The notes under the pieces are model-generated. The model did not search any database. It was not told the DNA's origin and saw nothing but the letters and a program-made list of their open reading frames with translations. A stretch of DNA of 64,000 nucleotides from Auanema rhodensis (Eukaryota > Animalia > Nematoda). Positions within the stretch are counted from its first letter, which is position 1; each line of letters starts with the position of its first letter. Shown one piece after another: positions 37,200 to 49,000 of the stretch. The stretch covers positions 16,182,001 to 16,246,000 of the forward strand of contig OZ059896.1 of the NCBI GenBank assembly GCA_964057225.1, read 5' to 3'. Made by a program: the position numbers and the translations under genes.

Positions 37200-39817
37200 G
37201 GCTTTCTAGGCATTCTGAAAATAGATTTTCCAAATTTAGTCGTTTACTTATACAGGTTCTTCATTTTTAACTATTTTAAAAATGAAAGATATAATCAACA
37301 ATGATGAAAGGATGGGAGGGGTAGTGATTCAGAAGCAATCTGACGTCATGAAGCAATCATAACTATTGTAAAATATTCTTTTTTCAAATTTATATCAAAG
37401 AAACATAATTAAAAATCTCTAATTATGTATAAGAATATGTAAGAACAGAAACTTTTGTTATCAAGATAAAGAAAAATTGAAATAAGAACGGATATGTGAC
37501 TTCTTGGTGAGTTTAAGCTTACAAACAAACGGATTATGTCGGATTTGTGAAAAACGAGATATGGCACAGATTTAGTTTGGGGGTCATTGGCTGAGGCTTG
37601 ACAAATCAGGCATCGAAGGCGGTCCCTACGGGCAGGACACATAGCCAGTAACTACAAACATAGAAGGCAAAGTTAAAAGAAATTTCCATTCCTCCTCTCT
37701 CTCTCTCTATTTCCTTTCAAAATTGTACTCTCTTTCTCTCTCCTGCTCTTCATCTCTATAATGCCATCGAATGTTGTTTTATCGTCGCCGTTTTCTAGCT
37801 GTTTTGCTCTTCTTCATCTTCCATAAGATTCGTCTTACTTTTCTGCGATAAAGGCGAGCTGGAAGGCGCTTCAATGAGAAACTTAGAACCATTCCATATT
37901 AGACTGAGAGAGACATAGAGAAACATAGAATTTAAGAAAGCCTAGCGTTAGACAAAGGACATAACGATGGAATTAGATATATTCAGATGAACAGACTGAT
38001 AGAGGGTAGAAGAAGAATGAGTATGCTCAAAGTGTCACTACATCAAACATATTTTGATATGAAACAAAGTAAAAGCAAAGGTTATAAAAAGAATTTCAGG
38101 CCAAAAGATATGTATTTTACCAAATAGAATTAACAGATGTCATGACCGGAAATTCACCATTCAACCGGAAATGGAGTAAATATCATAGAATAGCGACCAA
38201 AAGATGAAGTTAATTCAACTTTTCATTCAATTAATTTAAAGTATCAGCCTCAGAATGTAATGAGCATGTCGGTTGTACAGTATATGAATATAGTGAAATG
38301 AATATTTGAAAACTCCCAATGTAATAATCTGTCGTGCGAATTCTGCTCCGAACTTTTAGAACGATTTTCTATAGTCACTTAGTGCTCTGTCCACCTATTA
38401 TTCCCATTATGGCCTTCTGATGTTTCTTACATGTGAATTGAAATGATTCTCACAATTTCCGGATACTTTTTCCTCTCCCCTCTTGCAACTTTTCCCCATC
38501 TTTCTTCCTCATCATTCAATTGGATGGTATTTTGATGATTTTAATTTCTCTCATTTTTAACTGAGAAAAAAAATTCCGTGTATACAATAAAAATAAAATA
38601 ATAAATATCAAGAATGTAACTAGATCTTGATAAGACAAAAATGTGGAGAAAAAACGAATCAATAGCAGCAGATGTTCATACTGTACATCAAAATTTTCAT
38701 TTCCACTGTCGTTTTCTGTTGACCCAGCTCCTTCGTTTCATTGTATATTTTCTCAGTTCTACCCTTTTTTAGCCTGGCTACCCCAACATACGGACACTTA
38801 TATCATTGAAGACGGAAAGCAATTTTTAACGCAAAATAAGAAGAACTACTAGCATGCGTGCATATACAACGATATTGAAGCAACTGTTTTAATCTTCAAA
38901 ATTGCACTTTTTTCTTCGCTACAAAACGAAAGTAATCGATTTTTTTGAAAAATCAAGGTTACATTTGTTTGCCATATCAGTTAACCCCCCACGTCCCGTA
39001 GCCTCTTTTCGTTTTCCTTGGCCTTGTTGTATTTTCATTGCGAACGTTCTATGTTCTTAAGTTCATGCTTAATGCTGGTCATCTGAGCCAATGGGTTCAA
39101 ACTTTTTTTATTAAAAAAAAACGAAAATAATAAGGAGAAAAACGAATTATTTTATCATGGATCATAACACTTCATTCCAAACATTTTAATTGATTACCTA
39201 TACCGAAAAAAAACTTACTCAAGTTGCGGTCTTCGAAAATTAATTGATAACATTGTCTCCTCGAAAATCTTGATGACAATACCGAAGAAAACTGTCTGAC
39301 TTGGTAAATAATATTGAAAAAAAGGGTGCTACATCATATAATCATTTCAAATAGGATTTTCTGTCATTCTGCTGCTTTCCTCCCTCCCTATTAATTAAGT
39401 TCTAGTAGCTTCGCTTATTTTATTTCAAAACCTAAAAAGCTACTATTTTTCTAAGCGGCTTCAAGTATTTCACGATCATATAATTAGCAGTAACGAAGCC
39501 TTAATCAATGATCTCTGAATTAAACGGTACACTATTCTTGACAATTTGTTTAATTTGTTCTAATCAGGTTCTTATCACTTTGAGAATAAAATAGTGGAGT
39601 AATAGTGAATCTGTTTAATTAAAACAACAATTTTTTAAATTGGCATATAATAAACACACAATTTACGCCAACTTGTCTGTTATTGGCGCAAAGGATGTTA
39701 TCCTTGTTTTCATTTTACGTAGCGTATAGCTTGCGATCAGTTGTTAGCTGGATTAGGCATATTTATGATATTTGAACAGATTCATACATAATTAAACACT
39801 TTTCTTTCAGATTTAAA

Positions 39818-40263
39818 ATGGATTCTTCACAAGCGCATAGGATAGCTCAACATCAAGGTAGACCAAGTCTACGATTAGACATGCTTATAGAGAAAAGGAA
39901 GCCCGGCGCTGTATGTTATTTTTTTTATAGTCTCTTAGTTTTATATATATATTTTTTTTTTATAGTGTTTGCCTGTTAGAACATTAAATTCGCGTGGTAG
40001 ATTAAGAACGGCGTCAGGTTAGCTAATTTACATAATGCTTTGTATTTATTTATTTTTTGTTTTCTGTTATCCTTTTTACCTCTTTAATTTTTCGTTGATC
40101 AATTGTTTTCAAAGTGCCTGTTTATATCTTTCAATCAAAGTTTATAGAATCGGCAGCTTCCAATGGTTCGCCATATTTGTATGACCAGGAAATAAAAATG
40201 ACTGGAAACACTTTAGTTCATATGCCCCCTCAACCTAGAGTAACAGGATCTGTTTCTAATACG
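39818..40263 (+). CDS. hlh-30: Candidate far-upstream alternative N-terminal exons of hlh-30 (39818-39910, 39966-40017, 40148-40263; 87 aa)
   Basis: TTTCAG acceptor, then AAAATG. Three exons have canonical donors (GTATGT, GTTAGC, GTTAGT), TATAG acceptors and mutually consistent phases (0, 1, 0) with no stop. The last donor is phase-compatible with the hlh-30 exon at 44390. Confidence 0.6.
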
Positions 40264-41614
40264 GTTAGTTATTTTTTATTCATGTTATTTTTTGGATTGT
40301 TTGTTTTCAATATTTTATGGAAGTTATGTGAATATCATTTACCAATGCGCTTCGGTTTCGCTGACATATTTATATAATCTTTAAATTATTTCTCTGGATT
40401 TCTGCTTGATTCCATTATGTTTGTGTGTCTATTTCGATCAGACAACGCGCAATTTGTTTAAATGTGTACCATATTAATTTTATTTTAAACATTGTTAATG
40501 CTCGCTAAATTCATTTGTTATAAATTGCTTTCCAAATGCCTCTCCCCTACCTTTAAAATATTGAATGAAAAAAATTTGCCCTTTATAATAAGTATCATTT
40601 TTTCCTTATTTGAACGTATCGAGCTCATTACAAATAGCGTTTGTTGTCGTATAACTTACACCTTATTGAGTTTTTTAATCTATTTTTTCTTATATTTAGT
40701 CTCTGATAGCCATATTCTATTACCCATTCTTTTCTTTCTAAAGGATTTATCAACTACTTCTTTGTTATCTACAATCTTTTCCTATCGGGTCATGATCTTT
40801 TGAAAATAGTTTACCATCGATGTAATGACCACGTTGTGCATATATTAGATATTAACTGTCTGCGAATTCTTTGTTTTGATATGATTGGTGCAATGTTCTG
40901 ATTATGATATACAGCATTTGCTTCTAAAAATAGTATATATGATCAACTTTATTAAACTAGAAATATCTATTTCTGTTCAATATTAATGCGAAGATTTTTC
41001 CTACGTAAGAATATCATATTAATAGATTATCATATTCAAATTAATTCTGCCATATCCAATTCCTATATGATATCTCATTCAATATTTCAAAAAGTTTCAG
41101 GAATGCATGCGAACTAGAATAGAAATAAGTTTCCTGATGAATTTATGTTCCTCGCAGTTTTCATTTCAAATGTAACTTTTTGAATCAGGCATTCGTGTCC
41201 TTGAGGAGAAAGGCGCAGAGTATGCGATTTCTCCCTTTCATAGCATTGTGCGGTAAAGAAACACACAAACAACTGATGAGTCTGAAGGGGTTGGTGGTGT
41301 TGGCGGGGGCTGGCGGCAACAGACAACTGCAGGCCGGAGGCAGTACGTTTTATACATAGACGCAGGCTTGCCATCTGAAAAGAGAGTGTATTGAAAAAGA
41401 TGAGATGAAAGACACCGTGGTGGGAGGTGGTTGAGCATCACGTCATCGAATTGGCCGCCAGCCAACACGTGGAGCAGGCCCCGCCCAGGACCGGCTCTAG
41501 TTCATTCTCGTGTCATTTCGCTGCCCAAGAGCTTGACCGACTCAAGCTATTCGCGATTTTTGAGACAACTTTTTTTTGCGTTTTTTGATGTTAGGCGCTT
41601 CTTCTAATACGCCC

Positions 41615-41671
41615 ATGTCCATGTGGGCAATGAATGGAAATTATAATAACTACAACTACAATGTTTCTGAT
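41615..41671 (+). CDS. hlh-30: Candidate alternative first exon of hlh-30 (MSMWAMNGNYNNYNYNVSD)
   Basis: ATG 20 nt after a T-rich ...GTTAG acceptor; 19 codons; perfect GTAAGT phase-0 donor; GC-rich promoter-like island just upstream. Confidence 0.55.
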
Positions 41672-42850
41672 GTAAGTTTTTTCTTCGTTTGGTTTATCTC
41701 ACTTGTTGGTTAATCGATTGGGTATTCACCGTTGAACATTTTTTTCTTTTCATTATGTCTTTTTCAAGCCATAATGGGCTTTGATTCTTTTCATTTTAAA
41801 AGCACAGGGTTTCAAACCCTGATGATTATTTTCGAAACCAATGAGATTGGAATAAATTAACGAATTTTCAGTTTCTTTAAACAAACAAAGTTTCTACATA
41901 TATGAACTTTTCTCACAAATTTTTCTTCAAATTACGAATAAAACGCTGCCTATATGTGGCGGGTTTCATTTTTATCTCAGAATTTTAACTAGTCAGCTCT
42001 CAAATTACGCCAATTTTCAAAAGCGGTTGACGTTAATGATATAAGAGCGCAATTTTTGCAATATAATTCGCTTTATGAGAGTTGCGATAAATTTTCGAAA
42101 AATTCTACATCTGCTTCCATCATTTAAACATTCAATATCAGGGTCCGTTGGTGCAAATGGCCAGCTGATCTCAATTTTTTTATTTTTCTATTCTTATTCT
42201 TTGGTGTATGCGTGTGTGTGGGGATAGCTTCGAACACCAGCATCTAGATTTCTCGTGGAAGCATGAGATAAACTTTCATCCTTACGATGGATATCAGATG
42301 AATTCGTCTAATTCTTTGCTGGAGTGAAATGATCATTCTCATGCGTGGTAGGCATGTGGAAAACTTTGCCAAGCAAGTATGCTAGTAATAAAGCTCTTGG
42401 TCTAGTTTCGTATTGCCTTAATTATTTCTGGCCATAGTTTCCGCTGATATTCTGAAAAAGCTGCCCTCTTTCCGTTTTCTGCCTTTTTCTCCTCATTTCC
42501 CAATCTCTCAATCTCCTTTCAGCCTTCTCCTGCCTCGAATCCGCATCATCTCATGTAATCGATATGTGTAGAGGATTATTTTTTGTCTGAGAAGAAAAGA
42601 GAGAAAACGAAGAGAAGATCGACGGCCGAGCGTTTACTGCGGGTAAAAGACAGTCTTTGGCTTTGCCATCTAATGTCCTTGGTAAGCGAGAGACACGATT
42701 GATAAGGTTGTGCGATAAGGATGATAGGGGACCGGGAGCGGCTGGCGACGCGCGGCCAATGCAATAGAAACATGGAGAAAAGAAGAGAATGAGAGAAAGC
42801 GCGCTCTCGCTGTTGCTGATGGTTGTGTACCGTGTGTCGTAGTCTCGACT

Positions 42851-42852
<2 letters not shown>

Positions 42853-42917
<65 letters not shown>

Positions 42918-42930
42918 TTCTCTCTCTCTC
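42853..42930. repeat. (CT)n microsatellite upstream of the main hlh-30 first exon
   Basis: TC dinucleotide run ~160-240 nt before the ATG at 43092. Confidence 0.97.
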
Positions 42931-43091
42931 TCCTTTTCTCTTTCTACCTCTCACTGATTTCGCTCCACTCCGTGTCGTCCCTTTTCTCTACTTGTGTCTT
43001 TTCATTCTTACCCCATCAAATCTTCTGCTTTGATTGCCCACCGTTGCGTACCCGCCTTGTCTTAACCTATCTGACTCAGCATTTATTTGAT

Positions 43092-46000
43092 ATGATTCGT
43101 GGATTGGCTACTCATTCGCCAATGAGTTCACAATACTATGACGATGAACCGTATGAATCTAACGCTGCTAGGTTCCGGAGCACATATAATGCGGTCTGTT
43201 TTTTAACATACTGTATAAGTCTTTCTTTTCAAATTCCCACACATAGCTTTAGAAGCTTTCTCTCCTTCTTATCTTCGCTTAACAGCCTAAAGCATTGATT
43301 TTCATGTGAGAGCTTCTAAATTATTCAGAACCTAGGGCTGATTTAGGCAACAGTTCGTCTATTTGTTAATCGATTTTGTCGCGCTCTATTCTGCCGTTTT
43401 CTGATTTTTAGGTTATAATCATTGCTATTTTGGACATGCATGAATTTCTTTCTTTTCGTCGCGGTTTCAATGATTTTGCCTTTTCGACATTACGTCATCA
43501 CCGAAAACGATGGCGATATTGTATCATCATTTCCATCGCTTGATATCAGGGATTGACCGAATAATATCAGGTCAATCATAGTTTCGATAATGGCTCCTAT
43601 TTCATCGTATCCAATCTAATCTTAAATTAGATAACATTGGAAGTAGCTGAAATGTCTGAAAGGACAAAAAAAGTACATTCGCCGTTTATTGATGGACGGA
43701 CACTGAGTGTGCCTATGCTGCTGACTTACCCCCAATTCCCATTCAGAACCAATGTACGAGAATAATCAGAGGGCACATTTCTTATTTCTTTTTTTGTCCA
43801 AATGTCGAAAAGTTTCGAAATTAGCGAACTGTTAATGTATCAATTGGTAATTTTGAATTGATACCCTTTTCGCTTATTTACATTCGCATGAAATTGATTT
43901 CTTTTTCTCGGTTTTTGATGCTCATCTAATAGTAGGCTGTCGTGTGATGATAGTACATGAATAGTCACAGCTAGATGAGGCATATTTTACAAATTTAAAA
44001 GAACTTGCGTTGTTACTAAGGAATGTATGTAATATTAAGGCGAAACGTTAAAAAAGCTGAAGAGGAAGAGGTTAAAAAATCATTTGATAGTTTTACAAGT
44101 TTTTTTTTACAACTCACTATCAAAAAGCGCTTCATAATTCTACTCGCGTCAGACATTAGGCTTGATGTTTGCACTAGCTTTACTCATATGCTTGAAGAAG
44201 CTTCTCTTGGCATTTTCTCTCTCCCTTCCCTTCTATCTTTCTCATACTTGCATTTGGTTTCCTCTACATCATACCTCTTCGCGATTATTTAATAATTCGA
44301 GAAAGCGAAAAACTTTCAATCAGGGAATGACTCGCAAAAACTAATCTATAGCCAAAGGCTTGAATTGTTTATACTCTATATGATTACAGATGGAAAGGAG
44401 AGAAACGGGAACTTTGATACCACAATCTCAACGACTCTCACAAAATCTACAATTTGGAAGTGCTCCTTCCCAAAGTGGATTTGCTGCTATGTCATCTCCT
44501 CGTAAAATGCAACATCCGTTTCAGGTTAGTTAGAAGTTTTTCATTTCTATGTGTCGTCATCAACTTTCTCATAGAGTTTGGTTTGCATAAATTATAATTT
44601 TCTTTGACATTATTAGCAGGCACAGCTGAGAAATTATTATATGAAATAAGTTTTACTAGGGTAATATGAGATAGGTTTTTCTTTCTCGGGAAAAAAAAAC
44701 GTTTATTTCGCGGGTGGCTCTTACTTTTAGCTCTCTGCAAATATTAACTGTATGAGAGGGACATTTTCACTTGCTTCCTCCCGGAGACGTTTAATACTAA
44801 CTGCTCTTCTATTTTCTTTTCCTGCTTATTCTTTCTTTCTGTGCTAGCAAGTAGTCCAAGAAAACGTGATGACAGCAAAAGCGATCCTTCTACCCACTAA
44901 GCATTCAACTCGGTCCAACTGTCAGCTGATGGACTAGCGATAAAATGAAACTTGTTTACCTGGCTTGTTGCCAGGAGATCCAAAAGAAGTTCAGTGTTGA
45001 TGATTCCGTGAGAAAAAACTGAAACATGTCTTATCGATTTTGAAACTCTTCTCTTGTTCTATTGACGTTATAACGTATATAATATATTAGAACATAGAAC
45101 AAAGACTATATGATTACATTCAGTTTCTCCCTCTTTGTTTAAAGATAGGAAAAGATACATATGGGATTTTCAATCAAGCAAGGCAAGTGTTTAGTAATTC
45201 AGTAATGAACATGAGAAAAAGGATCTTCCCAGCTTTTTTCTTGAAATAGTAGCCAACATAATTTTAGCGCAGATGGCTAGCGCATTATCGACTCAAATTA
45301 TCAAAAAAAATCCAATAAAAAATGTTTGTTCAAATATCTCTTCTATTATTTCATATTATTCCTGTTTTCTTTATTAATATATGGGAGAGAGAGAATAATG
45401 AATAACTGATAAGCATTAATAATATTAAGAGAAAGATTTTTTCGAAAGAAAACGCGGAGACAAAATCAAAGGCGACATAGATAATTGAAACTTTTCACGA
45501 GAAAAACGGCAGCTGCGTTTTTTCATCTCTGATATTTCCCTCAATGTGAGTCCTAACTTTTATGTGCTTCTTTATCATTATCGACTCGTGAGTTGGGAAG
45601 ACAAAAAAAGAGATGAAGATGTTTAATTGTTTTCTGTGTGGTTTTCATAGTAAATCGGGACATAGAAGTGAACTTTGTCTCGGCAATTAATCAAAGGCGG
45701 TTGTGCGGGACAGCTGTAGAGAAGCTGCTAGTTGTCTAACTGATCCCTCCAGTTTTATGAAACTTCTTGAGCAAACTAATATTGAGAGGGGTCGAAAAGT
45801 CGTCTGCGCTGTTGATTCACGGTTGTCTATTGTCTCCGGCATTTAAATTTTCCGGCAGACAGGCAGTATATCCATTTATCCATACTGTCGCTTTGTTGTC
45901 TTTTGCCTCTTAACCTTAATTATACTGGATTGGCCATAATTAGCTACATCAACCATGCCAGCTACTGTTTCAAAGCCTCTTTCAAATGCTTGTTTAATGG

Positions 46001-49000
46001 TGTTTCTGGTAATTAATCTACAGCATTGACTTTCTATCCGTTTCTTTTTCATATTTATTTTGCGTTCTCTTTATCCCTCTTTTCCGTGTGTGTATTTTTT
46101 CACAGATTTTTCTCATGAATTCCATGTTCGCACTCCATTTTGAGCATTGTTTTCTGTATCCCCATAAAATCGCTTTCAGCTTTTGCTCGAAATTGGAACA
46201 GAAAGCATCATTGAAGACTGAAATTGTTTGATCATGTTCATATTGTTTGTTGAGACCATATGGTATATCCGTTGATCATAACGGTGCTGAATATGTCTGT
46301 TCTCGTTGTTGTTGGTCAACGGAGTCAAAGGTCTTAAAAACAAGAGAGAACGAAATATAAATATGAGAGGTAGGAGATCAATGAAAGAGAGAGGACGAGA
46401 AACGAATGATAGACTACATATTAGTTATATCTTTACGCTTTTTGCTCTGTTCCTCCTTTCTCCTCATTTCTCTCTCCCCTGTTCTCCCATTTATTCTCTC
46501 GAATAATTCGTCTCAGCTCAATCTTTTTCTTGACATGTTTATCAAGCACGAAATGATTACCACCATCTGCATGTTCGTTATTCATCTGTTTTTTTGAAAA
46601 CAAATCCTTTCCTGCTTTCATGTACTCAAAGAACAACGTTATCTAAAAACGAAAACTGACAAGCTAACGCGCAACCATTATTCTATCGCTTCCCCCTATC
46701 TTATGTCTTTTTCCTTTTAGTTTTTTTTCTTTTTTTTTCTCCAAGCCACTTAATTCATCCTATCTGCCTACGCCTCTAACAAATCACCGACTCTTGTTTG
46801 TTGTTTATGCGTTCGTTGGCTCTTGTTTGCTATAAACACTTTGCTTTTCTCTTTCTTCTACTACTACTGCTGGTACTGCTCTGGTCTCCATCCTTTTCTA
46901 TTGAATCCGTTCCTCCGTCCACAACGAACAGAGTTATAACGCCATACTTAAACTAGTCTTTCTTTATTACATTGACTACATTCTCGGTTCGGTTCTTGCC
47001 TACAATTGTGCTAATTTCGTTTCTTCCTTTTCCCACAAGCATATATCTATCTATCTATCTTTCTATCTTTCTATCTCTATCTCATCCATTTTGCTAGTCG
47101 AAAATGAACAGTAGCTGATCCTGTCTCAACAAATCATATCTGAAAACGATTGCCAAAAAACAACAGCCGAGTCCAAAACTTTCTATGGGATTTGCAAAAG
47201 TATTGCCGATGCAGTGCAACGGTGGGCTGGGCTTCGGCTTGGGTCTGGCTGAGTCGGGTTGTTTTTGAGTTGCCTGTTTCAGTTGCTGCTCGTGGCGTTC
47301 TCCCTTCTCATCGATTCAGCTCCTCCAGTTATTGCGTGTTTCTCTTATTGCCGAATTTAGCGATAGCAATGTTTGTCTAAGAATAATTCGTTTCATTCGT
47401 TATGCTCTTACCATACCATCCAGCTGTTTTTGTTTGTCCCTGCTGTTTCGTTAAAGCTGTAGATAGGTTGTCTCGCCCTATTTCCTCTCAGTTCTTTACG
47501 CTCAGATGTTTGTTCATAGGACCTGTGTGGAAAGCACTGTTCACTAGTACAGCACAGCTTATTAACGCTTTCTGTCTTACTCTATTCTATTATAAATACA
47601 TTCATTTATCCCTTACATTCGAATGTAGGCACATTTCGTAGTTAATTTCAGTTTAGTTTTTGATCGTATATCCAGAGTGATCATTTCTAGCTCCTCTTCT
47701 AAGTTTTGTATATCTGAGCTTAGCAATCAACACTTCTTCAGTCTACCAAGTCGTTTAAAGCATCTAATACACTTGTTTCCATCATCATCACCATCATCAT
47801 CATGGAGGATTGAATTATGCATCTCTCGGCCAGTTCTATATGTGCCCTAATCGGGTCCACATGTTGTCTGTCCATCGTTTGCTTGTTTGATTCTAAAAAC
47901 ACTATTCTCACGGTGATTGCCAGCTTGTTTATATAATATAGCCTTACCAGAATAATCGTTGTCGTTCTATCGTTTCAGTAGAAATATTATTCTAGATAGA
48001 CTCGTTGTTTTTTTTAGAATTCCTTTCCTTATTTTTTCTTGCTCGGAAACTCTTCATTCAATATTATATTATTCGTTTTCTCAACGTGCTTTGAAATCCG
48101 CCTCGAACTTTTATGTATGTCAGCCAAACAGCAGATTGCACATGTTTTTCGCTATCGCTCTTTCCTCCCTTGTCAGCTTAAAAGCAAAAAAAATGTTTTC
48201 AGTTTTTCTTTTTTTTCTTCAGTCCTTTTCAATCTTTATACTATGGATCACTTCTTCAGCATGTCGTTATGGTTTCTGTTATTATTATTATTGAAAATTA
48301 GATGATGAGAACGAGTGTTATTATGGAAATGCAATGAGTTTACGCTTCGTCGCATCCCTCGCACTCTGTGTCTCGCGATCATCTGGGACTGTCCTCCCTC
48401 ACACCTTCGTCTTTCTTCTTGTTGCCTTCCCTTTCTCTACATCTCTTCCTTCCAATCTCAATCTCAATCCCTCTTCTCAACCCATCATTGTCTATGTTCT
48501 ACGCCGAAACATGTTGTCTCACTTTGTAAACGGTTGGGTATAAATATCCAATTTCAACGTACAAAAGATTGTTACAAATTCGTTTCTGTATTTATCGACT
48601 AAATTGTCATATCAACACTGTTCACAACACAGTACTTTGTTATGCTCAGCTCTGCTTAGCTGTGGAGTTTCAATCGAATGTTCTTTTCGTTCTTTAGCAG
48701 CGCTAACAGTTGAAGCTGCTACAAACATGGCTTATGTAAGTAAGTGGCCTGCAGCAATAATTCTGTCCTATTCAATCGACCACAACTACCACCACTACGG
48801 CCCCCTCTATGTCGTTCCTGCAAGCAAACAGTGAAAGTGTGTTTTCAATAGCTTATTCTAATATTCCATCGATCCAATTTGTTGCCGTACGACGACGACG
48901 CTGCTGACGGCAACGACGATGCTCTTGCCTGTGGGCTGACGGTCCCATATTCTCATTTGTTAGGATCATCTATTTCCGCTGAAATTTTCCTTCATATCCC

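Noticed and set aside
47778-47805. (CAT)n run, and CAC/CAT-rich 49645-49710, as poly-His exons
   Set aside because: No suitable splice sites or open frame linking to hlh-30; simple repeats.
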